From Lachnospiraceae bacterium (GTDB taxonomy: Bacteria > Bacillota > Clostridia > Lachnospirales > Lachnospiraceae), in assembly GCA_024699045.1 (NCBI GenBank), contig JAILQK010000096.1, forward strand, positions 2,008-66,007: a stretch of 64,000 bases of DNA. Direction: 5' to 3'. The stretch's first letter is position 1. Every line of letters begins with the position of its first letter. Positions 28,368-37,240 of this stretch are shown in pieces. The notes below the pieces were generated by a model, which was not told the DNA's origin, made no database searches, and saw nothing but the letters and a program-made list of their open reading frames with translations. The translations under genes and the position numbers were made by a program.

Positions 28368-30440
28368 TTACATGTTCCATACCTTATCCAGCCTGATGCG
28401 GATACTGTCCCGGCTGTATACATTCTTTCTCATATATTCATATTCTTTTAGCAGTTCAGTGTTGTGACGAGTGTCAGAGAGCAGCTGCTCTGTGATGTCA
28501 TCGTATTTTTCATATCCGATACCGGGGAAACCGTTGCCTGTCAGTATATCCTTGTGGGTGATCACGATAGTGTCTGTAAAGAGCGCTTCCTGCATGACTC
28601 CGGATGTCTGAAAAGAGTACAGATCCTTATCGTACGGTACGGCCGCAAAGGAAGCATGTGACAAGAGAGAAAGATAGTCTTCCCTGCTCAGATATTCATC
28701 TCTTATCTCTATGTTATTTCCGGCCAGAGTCTTAAGTTCCTTAACCCAGCCTTTATCGTAGAATCTTCCGGCAATGATGAGTTTACGAGTTAGACGGTTG
28801 TATACGGAGATGATATCTTCAAGCTGTTTTCCCCGGTCCATCGTTCCCAGCACTACGGTATAGTCCTCTTTGGGACATTTGGCATATTCTGAATAGGATT
28901 TTTCGTCATATACATAATCGGGTATAAATACCGAACGCATATTTTTGAACTTAAAAGAGCGACCGGTAGAAATGCAGACACGGACCTTTTTCTGGCCGGA
29001 TTCGAAGATACGCTGTTTTAAGGGAGCGAGTCTCCCTTTATGGTATCCGTCCCTGAAGAGGGTAACGACGATCCGCTTTTTATGGTTACCGAAAAGGGCA
29101 AGATAAAGGAAAAAGTAGAATTCCACGTTGTAAAACCACAGGATCTCCGCATTACAGTGTTTCAGGACCCGGTGAATATTGGAAAACATATAATATTTGT
29201 TGAGTATGCGCTCAATGAGGGTAGGAGAGGCTTTCATAATGATATGATGACTGAGGGGAGTCAGGTCGCAGACCCCGGAAATATCATCCGGCAGCTCCTG
29301 AAGTATGGTGCGTGGGGCATATATCTCAACAGGGTGGTTTTCGGAAATAAGATGATAGTACTCCGGGAGGACCCTGGGAGCATGTCCTACGGCTTTTCCG
29401 GTTTCGTCGCATCGCCCCTGATACTCGATCATGGCAATGCGCTCATCTTCCGGAGAGGGGATGCTTTTAATATACTTTTCGTGAAGCAGGCGATGCAGGG
29501 CCGGCAGACACAGATAGCTTAAGACTGCGGCACCCCTGTTTCGTGGCCTTGCGTATTTATCCTTTATGACAGTAGACCGTACAGAACGGATATCGGAGTA
29601 AACTCTGTCGATAAGAGCCATATCCGTTGAAGCTTCGGCAGCAGGAGACGTTTCCGACAGGATCTGAAAACAGGTGGAGAGATGTCTGCTTGCCGCGGCA
29701 CGGACACAATCAGGATAGTGTTTTCTGATATAAGAAAGCATTTTCCGGCTGTGAGAATAGTAATCGGGATTTCGCCTGGACGAAGTAGAAAACACCGTAT
29801 TCCCGGGACTTTGGACATAACCGTAGAGGATGCGTTCGGTCCGGGCGATCCTGGAAGCATTAAGGAAAAGCCTGTAGATCGTGCCCATATCCTCTGCGGC
29901 GGTTCCGACAGGAAAAGAAAGATCCGACCATAACGATCTGCGAGAGATCATTCCCCAGGGGGCGCTTATGAAACCCTTCTGATAGAGCAGAGCAATAGTG
30001 CCGGCATGACCGTCGTAGATTTTAGCAGTCTGTCTGTTTTTCGTTTTTAAGGAGAAGAGGCCGGAGATATCCGATAATTCAGATTCAACACATTTCAGAT
30101 AACCACACGATACAATGTCGGCACCGGAATCTGAGGACACGGATATCAGTGTTTCCAGGAAGTCGGGCGCGATGATATCATCGCTGTCGACAAAGCAGAT
30201 CCACTCTCCGGAGGAAGCGGATATTCCGCTGTTGCGGGCAGCAGCCGCCCCGCGGTTGGGACCGTGGATCACGCGTATCCTTTCGTCACTATAACTGTCA
30301 CATAAGCCGGCGGAGCCGTCAGTCGAACCATCGTCGATCAGCAGAAGCTCATAGTCCCGGTAAGTCTGAGCCAGGATACTTTGTACACATCGGTCTAAAG
30401 TTTTTATTGCCTGATATACAGGTATGATCACACTAACCAT
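28368..30440 (-). CDS. Two-domain glycosyltransferase: N-terminal GT2 (GT-A) fused to a GT-B/GT4-like domain
   Basis: VSVIIPVY, IDDGSTD, ARN.G and FVDSDD in the first domain. Second half has IIAG, PY...YSFQTSGVMQEA. Start placed at ATG 30440. Confidence 0.8.
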   Translation of the reverse strand: MVSVIIPVYQAIKTLDRCVQSILAQTYRDYELLLIDDGSTDGSAGLCDSYSDERIRVIHGPNRGAAAARNSGISASSGEWICFVDSDDIIAPDFLETLISVSSDSGADIVSCGYLKCVESELSDISGLFSLKTKNRQTAKIYDGHAGTIALLYQKGFISAPWGMISRRSLWSDLSFPVGTAAEDMGTIYRLFLNASRIARTERILYGYVQSPGNTVFSTSSRRNPDYYSHSRKMLSYIRKHYPDCVRAAASRHLSTCFQILSETSPAAEASTDMALIDRVYSDIRSVRSTVIKDKYARPRNRGAAVLSYLCLPALHRLLHEKYIKSIPSPEDERIAMIEYQGRCDETGKAVGHAPRVLPEYYHLISENHPVEIYAPRTILQELPDDISGVCDLTPLSHHIIMKASPTLIERILNKYYMFSNIHRVLKHCNAEILWFYNVEFYFFLYLALFGNHKKRIVVTLFRDGYHKGRLAPLKQRIFESGQKKVRVCISTGRSFKFKNMRSVFIPDYVYDEKSYSEYAKCPKEDYTVVLGTMDRGKQLEDIISVYNRLTRKLIIAGRFYDKGWVKELKTLAGNNIEIRDEYLSREDYLSLLSHASFAAVPYDKDLYSFQTSGVMQEALFTDTIVITHKDILTGNGFPGIGYEKYDDITEQLLSDTRHNTELLKEYEYMRKNVYSRDSIRIRLDKVWNM

Positions 30441-30471
30441 AGGTATCATTATACTAGTCAAAAGAGTTCAG

Positions 30472-30500
30472 TTGAAGTTTTTTTGTTAATTAGGTATGAT
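30472..30500 (+). promoter_or_regulatory. SigA promoter for the chbG-gdpP-rplI-dnaB run
   Basis: TTGAAG-N17-TATGAT. Confidence 0.65.
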
Positions 30501-30537
30501 ATGAAAGCGAATCAAAGAAGATGTACCGGGCAAAAAT

Positions 30538-31293
30538 ATGATAAGGCTGATTATCAATGCAGACGATCTGGGACTGTCGGATGATGTAAACCGGGCCATA
30601 GCGGAATGCTTTGCGGATGGATCCATTACCGGCACCACCCTGATGGTCAATATGGATCACGCAGATGAAGCCGTCGATATGGCGGAACGGAACGGATGGA
30701 GCGGGCAGGTCGGACTGCATTTAAATCTCACCAGCGGGAGGCCGCTTACAGAGGAAATAAAACAATACGAAAGCTTTTGCGATAAAGATGGTTGTTTTAA
30801 TGCCGCGTTTGCAAAGGGATTGTTATCGCGTCTTTATCTGTCCAAAAGGGAAATAGAGGCGGCAGGAAAAGAGGCAGAGGCTCAGATAAAGAAATATCTG
30901 TCCTATGGGCTTACGGACAGACATCTGGACTCGCACCATCATGTGCATACAGACCCTTCATTGTGGAAAGCCGTTCAGCCACTGCTGAATGTTTATGACA
31001 TAAGATCCGTAAGACTTACCCGTAACCTCTATCAGAATATGTCCTTTGCCAAAAGGATATACAAAAATCTGTATAACGAAAGGCTTAAAGCCCTTAAAAT
31101 ACAGACGACCGATTATTTTGGTTCATTTAAGGATTTCAGATGCTGCCGTGACAGGATAAGGGACGGTTCACTTGTGGAGATGATGATCCATCCGATGCAC
31201 GGAGAGGATGGACGATTGATGGATACGGATATTCCTATGGATGAAGAAAGAGAATTCCTCTCGGGTGTAGAACATACCAAAGAACACTATTGA
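30538..31293 (+). CDS. ChbG/YdjC/HpnK-family carbohydrate deacetylase
   Basis: LIINADDLG, VGLHLNLT, HLDSHHHVH and EMMIHP. Confidence 0.9.
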   Translation: MIRLIINADDLGLSDDVNRAIAECFADGSITGTTLMVNMDHADEAVDMAERNGWSGQVGLHLNLTSGRPLTEEIKQYESFCDKDGCFNAAFAKGLLSRLYLSKREIEAAGKEAEAQIKKYLSYGLTDRHLDSHHHVHTDPSLWKAVQPLLNVYDIRSVRLTRNLYQNMSFAKRIYKNLYNERLKALKIQTTDYFGSFKDFRCCRDRIRDGSLVEMMIHPMHGEDGRLMDTDIPMDEEREFLSGVEHTKEHY

Positions 31294-31295
31294 TA

Positions 31296-33356
31296 ATGGG
31301 AAAGAAGAACAGAGAAAAAAGATATAAGGGAACTCTCAAGCTATATGTCGGCTGGCCGTTAATATTGTCGGTATTTCTGGCTGCATGCGCGGCAGGGATG
31401 TTTTTTATAAATAAGCAGGCCGGACTTGCTGCGGTAGCTGTCGTTATAGTCTACACAGTAATAGCTTTAGCGATACGTTTTTATAATCGCAAAACGATCA
31501 TGAACGATCTTGTCAACTTTGCGATCAGTTTCGGACAGGTCCAAAAGGAATTGTTAAAAGGACTGTCGCTTCCCTATGCCCTGCTTGATGAAAACGGGAG
31601 ATTCGTCTGGTGCAATAAGGAGTTCAGTCAGCTTGTCGGAAAAGATGCGATCTTTGGAAAGTCCATCACAACCTATGTGCCGGAACTGACCAGGGACCGA
31701 CTTCCGGAAAACGGTGAAAAGACAGAAGCAATGTTTTCTATCGGGGACAGGGATTTCAGAGCGGATATAAGACACACTCCGCTTGATGAGATGGCGCATG
31801 CTTCATTGATAATCAACGATGAAGGATTTTCCGGAGCGATAATATCCGTTTTCTTATACGATGAGACGGAAGTGAACCGTCTGCAAAAGATCAACAATGA
31901 GCAGACGCTGGTGTCGGGTTATATCTTCATGGACAATTATGATGAGGTCATGGAGAATGTGGAGGAAGTCAGGCGTTCTCTTCTGGTAGCCCTTATAGAC
32001 AGAAAGATCAAGAAGTACTTTACGGATTATGATGCGATCGTAAAGAATACGGAAAGAGATAAGTACTTCATAACCATGAAGAAGGTCTTTTTCGATAAAG
32101 CAGTGGAAAACCGTTTTGATATCCTGGAAGAGGTGAAGACTGTCAAGGTCGGGAATGAGATGTCCGTTACCCTTTCGATGGGATTCGGACTGGGCACAGG
32201 ATCACTCAATGAAGATGCGGACTATGCCAGAAATGCTATAGATCTTGCGCTTGGAAGGGGCGGAGACCAGGCCGTTGTAAAGACCATAGACCGTACGACA
32301 TATTACGGAGGCAAGAGCCTGCAGATAGAGAAGAACACCCGTGTCAAAGCAAGAGTAAAGGCTCAGGCGCTCAAAGAGATCATCGAACAGAAGGAACGGG
32401 TCTTTTGCATGGGGCATCAGATAACGGATATCGATACCTTCGGGGCAGCAGTAGGAATATACAGGGTAACAAAACAGCTGGATAAAAAGTGTCATATTGT
32501 GATAAACACAGTAACACAGTCGATAAAGCCTTTTGTCGACGCATTATCCAGAGAACCGGATTTTGATCCGGATATGTTCGTGACCAGTCCGGAGGCCCTT
32601 CAGCTTGCGGAAAGTGAGAGCTCGGTCATGGTAGTGGTTGATACCAACAAGCCTTCAATAACCGAGTGCCCCGAGCTTCTTAAACGCATCAGGACTGTGG
32701 TCGTGCTCGATCATCACAGGATAGGGACCGAGACGATCGAAAATGCAACACTTTCATATATTGAGCCGTTTGCATCCAGCGCCTGCGAGATGGTAGCAGA
32801 GATATTGCAATATATATCCGATAACATACGGGTGAAGAGCGTAGAAGCGGACAGCTTGTATGCCGGGATCATGATAGACACAAATAACTTCATGGCAAAG
32901 GCGGGGGTACGGACTTTTGAAGCGGCGGCCTTCCTAAGAAGGAGCGGTGCGGATATCACAAGAGTCAGAAAACTGTTCAGAAACGATATAGACTCATTTA
33001 AGGCGCGAGCAGAAGTCGTGAGGCTGGCAGAGATATTCATGGATAAGTATGCGGTATCCGTTTTTGACGGGACCGGGCTGGACAGTCCTACGATAATAGG
33101 CTCGCAGGCGGCAAATGAGCTGCTGAACATAAACTCAGTAAAAGCTTCGTTTGTGCTTACGGATTATCAGAATCGCATCTATATCTCCGCCAGATCCATA
33201 GATGAGATAAACGTACAGTTGATCATGGAGCGGCTTGGAGGAGGCGGCCACATGAACATTGCCGGGGCACAGCTTACAGATATGTCTGTGGAAACGGCGA
33301 AGCGCAGGCTTAAGGATGTAATAGTCGAGATGGAAAAGGAAGGAGCAATAGTATAA
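31296..33356 (+). CDS. gdpP: c-di-AMP phosphodiesterase (TM-PAS-degenerate GGDEF-DHH/DHHA1)
   Basis: LGRGGDQA, MGH...DID, DHH and GGGGH; sits upstream of rplI. Confidence 0.93.
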   Translation: MGKKNREKRYKGTLKLYVGWPLILSVFLAACAAGMFFINKQAGLAAVAVVIVYTVIALAIRFYNRKTIMNDLVNFAISFGQVQKELLKGLSLPYALLDENGRFVWCNKEFSQLVGKDAIFGKSITTYVPELTRDRLPENGEKTEAMFSIGDRDFRADIRHTPLDEMAHASLIINDEGFSGAIISVFLYDETEVNRLQKINNEQTLVSGYIFMDNYDEVMENVEEVRRSLLVALIDRKIKKYFTDYDAIVKNTERDKYFITMKKVFFDKAVENRFDILEEVKTVKVGNEMSVTLSMGFGLGTGSLNEDADYARNAIDLALGRGGDQAVVKTIDRTTYYGGKSLQIEKNTRVKARVKAQALKEIIEQKERVFCMGHQITDIDTFGAAVGIYRVTKQLDKKCHIVINTVTQSIKPFVDALSREPDFDPDMFVTSPEALQLAESESSVMVVVDTNKPSITECPELLKRIRTVVVLDHHRIGTETIENATLSYIEPFASSACEMVAEILQYISDNIRVKSVEADSLYAGIMIDTNNFMAKAGVRTFEAAAFLRRSGADITRVRKLFRNDIDSFKARAEVVRLAEIFMDKYAVSVFDGTGLDSPTIIGSQAANELLNINSVKASFVLTDYQNRIYISARSIDEINVQLIMERLGGGGHMNIAGAQLTDMSVETAKRRLKDVIVEMEKEGAIV

Positions 33357-33806
33357 ATGAAGGTCATATTGCTTGAGGATGTAAAATCGCTCGGGAAAAA
33401 AGACGATATCGTTGAGGTAAAAGAGGGATATGCGAGGAATTTTCTGTTTACAAAGAATCTTGGTGTTCCTGCGGATGCAAAGAATCTCAATGATGTAAAG
33501 ATCAGAAAAGCCAAGGAAGCAAAAATTGCTGCTCTCAGGCTTGCGGAAGCGAAAGAGCTGGCGGAGAAGCTGGAGAAGGTCACGGTAGTCTGTAAGGTTA
33601 AGGCCGGCAAGGACGGACGGGTCTTTGGGTCCGTATCATCAAAGGAGATTTCCGAAGAGCTGAAAAAACAGACCGGGATCGAGGTGGATAAGAAAAAGCT
33701 TGTGCTCGGCGAGTCAATGAAAAATCTGGGAACATATAAGATCAACGCCAAGCTCCATCCGGAGGTTTCGGCGGTCATTACGGTTGACGTACTCCCGGAA
33801 GGCTGA
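33357..33806 (+). CDS. rplI: 50S ribosomal protein L9
   Basis: MKVILLEDVKSLGK, GYARNFL and FGSV. Confidence 0.97.
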   Translation: MKVILLEDVKSLGKKDDIVEVKEGYARNFLFTKNLGVPADAKNLNDVKIRKAKEAKIAALRLAEAKELAEKLEKVTVVCKVKAGKDGRVFGSVSSKEISEELKKQTGIEVDKKKLVLGESMKNLGTYKINAKLHPEVSAVITVDVLPEG

Positions 33807-33811
33807 TACAT

Positions 33812-35167
33812 ATGACTTCAGATGAAAATGCGGTAAAAAGAGTCCCGCCTCATTCTACGGAAGCAGAACGATCGGTCATAGGATCCATGCTGCTGGATGA
33901 CACGAATGAAGCGATCTTTACGGCTACGGAGATCCTGAAAAGGGAAGATTTTTATGAAGACAGATATGGCCTGCTTTTTGAGGCTATAGTCGAGCTTTTC
34001 AATGAGAGAAAACCGGTAGAGACTGTGCTGTTGCAAGAGAAGCTTAAGGCAAAGGGCGCTCCCGCCGAGATATCCAACCCGGCGTTTCTTGCGGAGATCG
34101 TGAATTCAGTGCCTACTTCCGCAAATATAACCTATCATGCGGAGATCGTAAGAGAGAAGGCACTTTTACGCTCTATAGTGAAGGTAAACGCGGATATAGC
34201 AAAGGAATGCTATAAGGGTGAGAAGGATACGGACGATATTCTTCAGGATACGGAAAAGAAGATCTTTGATCTGGTACAGAACAGGGGGAGGTCACAGCTT
34301 AAGCCTATAAGGGCAATAGTAATAGATGCGCTTCAGCATATTCAGGAGGTAGCGAAGGCGGAGTCCAAGATCACCGGGATACCATCGGGCTTTGATGATC
34401 TGGATGATATGACCGCAGGTTTTCAGAAATCCGATCTTGTTCTGATCGCGGCAAGACCTTCAATGGGAAAGACTGCCCTGGTTCTTAATATTGCGCAATA
34501 TGCCTGCTTCAGGAAAAATTATCACTGCCTGTTCTTTTCTCTTGAAATGTCAAAAGAGCAGCTGGTAAACAGGTTATTGGCGATGGAGTCAAGAGTAGAC
34601 TCACAAAATATAAGGATCGGTAATTTAAATGATGACGAATGGCGTGGTATCATAGATAGTGCAGGAGTGATCGGTACGTCCAATCTTGCCATAGATGATA
34701 CCGCGGCGATATCGGTGACGGATATGAGATCCAAATGCAGACGGCATAAGCTGGAACACGGTCTTGACCTTATTATCATAGATTATCTGCAGCTTATGAG
34801 CGGATCGGCATCAGGACGGAAAGACCAGTCCAGGCAGAACGAGATATCGGACATATCGCGAGGACTCAAAGCACTGGCCAGGGAGCTTGAGTGTCCGGTT
34901 TTGGCATTATCCCAGCTATCCCGGGCAGTTGAACAGCGTACGGACCACCGGCCTGTACTGTCAGATCTGAGAGAATCGGGAGCTATCGAACAGGATGCGG
35001 ATGTCGTAATGTTCATCTACAGAGATGAGTACTATCATAAGGATTCGGATAAAGCAGGAGTGGCAGATGTCATAATAGCAAAGCAGAGGAACGGTTCAGT
35101 CGGAGACATAAGCCTTGCCTGGATATCGGCTTTGACAAAATTCGAAAATCTGGTACACGAGAAGTGA
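33812..35167 (+). CDS. dnaB: Replicative DNA helicase
   Basis: AARPSMGKT, DYLQLM, SQLSR, SDLRESGAIEQDAD and KQRNG. Confidence 0.97.
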   Translation: MTSDENAVKRVPPHSTEAERSVIGSMLLDDTNEAIFTATEILKREDFYEDRYGLLFEAIVELFNERKPVETVLLQEKLKAKGAPAEISNPAFLAEIVNSVPTSANITYHAEIVREKALLRSIVKVNADIAKECYKGEKDTDDILQDTEKKIFDLVQNRGRSQLKPIRAIVIDALQHIQEVAKAESKITGIPSGFDDLDDMTAGFQKSDLVLIAARPSMGKTALVLNIAQYACFRKNYHCLFFSLEMSKEQLVNRLLAMESRVDSQNIRIGNLNDDEWRGIIDSAGVIGTSNLAIDDTAAISVTDMRSKCRRHKLEHGLDLIIIDYLQLMSGSASGRKDQSRQNEISDISRGLKALARELECPVLALSQLSRAVEQRTDHRPVLSDLRESGAIEQDADVVMFIYRDEYYHKDSDKAGVADVIIAKQRNGSVGDISLAWISALTKFENLVHEK

Positions 35168-35240
35168 GGAAGAGATCATACCAAGAGCAGAGGCTTTACG
35201 GACAGAGGATGATCAGTCTTGTAATATCGAGGAAAAGACC

Positions 35241-36035
35241 ATGAAGATAGAGAAATTAAGCGAAAAACAGATCAGATGCACATTGACAAAGAACGATCTT
35301 GTTTCCAGAGATCTCAAGATGAGCGAGCTTGCATACGGTACGGAGAAGGCCAGAAATCTCTTTAAGGATATGATGAGGGAGGCTTACCGAAGATTTGGTT
35401 TTGAAGTTGAGGATATACCTCTCATGATCGAGGCTATCCCGCTTTCAAATGATACGATCGTACTTATCATTACCAAGGTGGAGGATCCCGAGGAGCTGGA
35501 TACGAGATTTTCCAAGTTTGCTCCGTCTCTAAGTGAAACAGAGCCTCAGGAGACCAGAAAAAGAAAGGATCCCGGAAGCGCCGATGATATAATAGATCTT
35601 TTCAGAAAGCTGAAGGATCAGGTCGAAGAGGCGCAGGCCGCGTTAACGACAAGTGATTCCGGAGACACCATCACTACCAGCCGTAAGATCGGCACGCCGG
35701 AGTCGGGTACGGAGAAAGAGGTTAAGATCACAATACAGGTCGATCTTACCAAGCTTTATTCATTTGATGATCTTGATAATGTTATACGGGTGTCGAAGAT
35801 CCTTAAGGGGATCTATAACGGGGATAATACTTTATACAAAAATCCTGAGAACAAGAGGTTTTATCTGCTTCTCAGGAAATCAGAGCATACCCCGGAGGTG
35901 TTTAATAAGGTCTGTAATATGATAACGGAATACGGCCAGATGGAGGAGTGTTCGACTGCCGTAGAAGGACGGATAAAAGAGCATTTTGAAGTGATAGTTC
36001 CGACATATGCGCTGGAGAAACTCTCCATAATATAA
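35241..36035 (+). CDS. mecA: ClpC adaptor MecA
   Basis: MKIEKLSEKQIRCTL...DL..R N-terminus and C-terminal EYG...EH pattern. Confidence 0.85.
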   Translation: MKIEKLSEKQIRCTLTKNDLVSRDLKMSELAYGTEKARNLFKDMMREAYRRFGFEVEDIPLMIEAIPLSNDTIVLIITKVEDPEELDTRFSKFAPSLSETEPQETRKRKDPGSADDIIDLFRKLKDQVEEAQAALTTSDSGDTITTSRKIGTPESGTEKEVKITIQVDLTKLYSFDDLDNVIRVSKILKGIYNGDNTLYKNPENKRFYLLLRKSEHTPEVFNKVCNMITEYGQMEECSTAVEGRIKEHFEVIVPTYALEKLSII

Positions 36036-36039
36036 AATG

Positions 36040-36068
36040 TTGCTTTTTGTATACAATTGATGTACAAT
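36040..36068 (+). promoter_or_regulatory. SigA promoter of ferredoxin with a TTGTATACAA palindrome in the spacer
   Basis: TTGCTT-N17-TACAAT; palindrome at 36047-36056. Confidence 0.7.
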
Positions 36069-36138
36069 ATACTGCAGATATTTAGAAGCGATATCCCACG
36101 AAGAGCTTCGATTTAATAAAAAATAGGAGGAATAAACA

Positions 36139-36309
36139 ATGGCTCATGTAATTAATGATTCATGCATCAGCTGCGGAGCATGTGCAGCACAGTGCCCTGT
36201 AAATGCTATTTCAGAGGGAGACGGTAAGTTTGAGGTCGATGCCGCTACGTGTATAGATTGCGGAGCATGTGAGGCAGGCTGCCCTGTAGGCGCTATCGTT
36301 ACGGAGTGA
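36139..36309 (+). CDS. fdx: Clostridial-type 2[4Fe-4S] ferredoxin, 56 aa (not in the ORF track)
   Basis: MAHVINDSCISCGACAAQCPVNAISEGDGKFEVDAATCIDCGACEAGCPVGAIVTE; AGGAGG SD. Confidence 0.97.
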   Translation: MAHVINDSCISCGACAAQCPVNAISEGDGKFEVDAATCIDCGACEAGCPVGAIVTE

Positions 36310-36367
36310 ATCTCTGATCTGAAAGCCGAAAGGTGCGACATTCAAAAATCGGAATGATCGAAAGCAG

Positions 36368-36399
36368 AAGGACCGCGAATATACAGCGGTCCTTTTTTT
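36368..36399 (+). terminator. Intrinsic terminator after ferredoxin
   Basis: aaggaccgc-gaatataca-gcggtcc followed by 7 T. Confidence 0.85.
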
Positions 36400-36494
36400 G
36401 CGGCTATATTCTTTTTGACTTTGTAAAAGCCTTATCCGGGTATAATCCACATAATAAACATTTTTAACAAAATGGAAAAGATGTGAAAAAAAGC

Positions 36495-36523
36495 TTGCAA
36501 TCAGATATGAATGCGGTTATATT
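36495..36523 (+). promoter_or_regulatory. SigA promoter upstream of the putative ncRNA
   Basis: TTGCAA-N17-TATATT preceded by an A-rich UP-like tract. Confidence 0.7.
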
Positions 36524-36530
36524 GCTTTAT

Positions 36531-36751
36531 TGTAGGGCGATCGGAAATCCTGATGCAGTTTAAGGAGGTGACCGATCAAAATAGTATAAAGGGATTAATT
36601 CGGGATGATATTTCATAACTCATCCTAAAGCCCCCAACGGGGTGTCAGTTTTTTCCATACGGGATACCGTATCTGAAACTTCCCTTACTTTTACCTTATG
36701 AGACAAATGCAATCAATCTTTCAAGTATTTGCATCCTTCGATCGCGCTATA
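36531..36751 (+). ncRNA. Putative ~220-nt structured RNA (end-paired rod with bubble and branched top; 6S-like or novel)
   Basis: tgtagggcgatcgga pairs with ttcgatcgcgctata. Inner helices gatgca/tgcatc and aaggga/tccctt, plus three apical hairpins. Begins at the predicted TSS and contains no plus-strand ORF of note. Confidence 0.5.
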
Positions 36752-36854
36752 GTCACTGGCAACGAATGTTGAATTCCAACCGAAGCAGGCGGATATATCA
36801 CGATTTCCACCTCCATATGGTCGGAGTTGTAATCTTGATTAAAGGAGTGATCTT

Positions 36855-37076
36855 ATGGATGTAAGCAGAAGACATGATGATACCGATGTAGATCTTATGA
36901 TGTTACTTGCTAAATACCATTCGAATGGCGTACCCATTTTCTTTGAGGACCGTCCCTGTACACCACAGGAGGTCATAGACATCATGACGGTAAAAGAAAA
37001 TGAAGTATATATGCCTGATTATGTGACGGATACGCAGGATAACGTGATACAGATCAGATATGATCATGTGAAATAA
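36855..37076 (+). CDS. Hypothetical 73-aa protein
   Basis: AAAGGAG SD; globular-looking sequence with YMPDY and IRYD. Confidence 0.8.
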   Translation: MDVSRRHDDTDVDLMMLLAKYHSNGVPIFFEDRPCTPQEVIDIMTVKENEVYMPDYVTDTQDNVIQIRYDHVK

Positions 37077-37177
37077 TCAATATCCCCTGTATGTCCTGAT
37101 CCCCGGTGGTTGATTCATATCCGCGATCCGGCGTCCCAAAAGCTTTCAGTGGAGAAATGCTGCCGGGGATCAGTGAT

Positions 37178-37206
37178 TTGCAAGTTTACATAAGCTATGC
37201 TAAAAT
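37178..37206 (+). promoter_or_regulatory. SigA promoter of the GH18-sua5-rpiB run
   Basis: TTGCAA-N17-TAAAAT with an extended -10 TG. Confidence 0.72.
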
Positions 37207-37240
37207 TGAGTGTTGCAGATTATCGATGACGGAGACATAC

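Noticed and set aside
36314-36365. ctgat...gccgaaaggt...cgaaa segment resembling a hammerhead or riboswitch
   Set aside because: The core CUGAnGA and GAAA spacing and flanking stems do not fit; only small hairpins in the ferredoxin 3' UTR.
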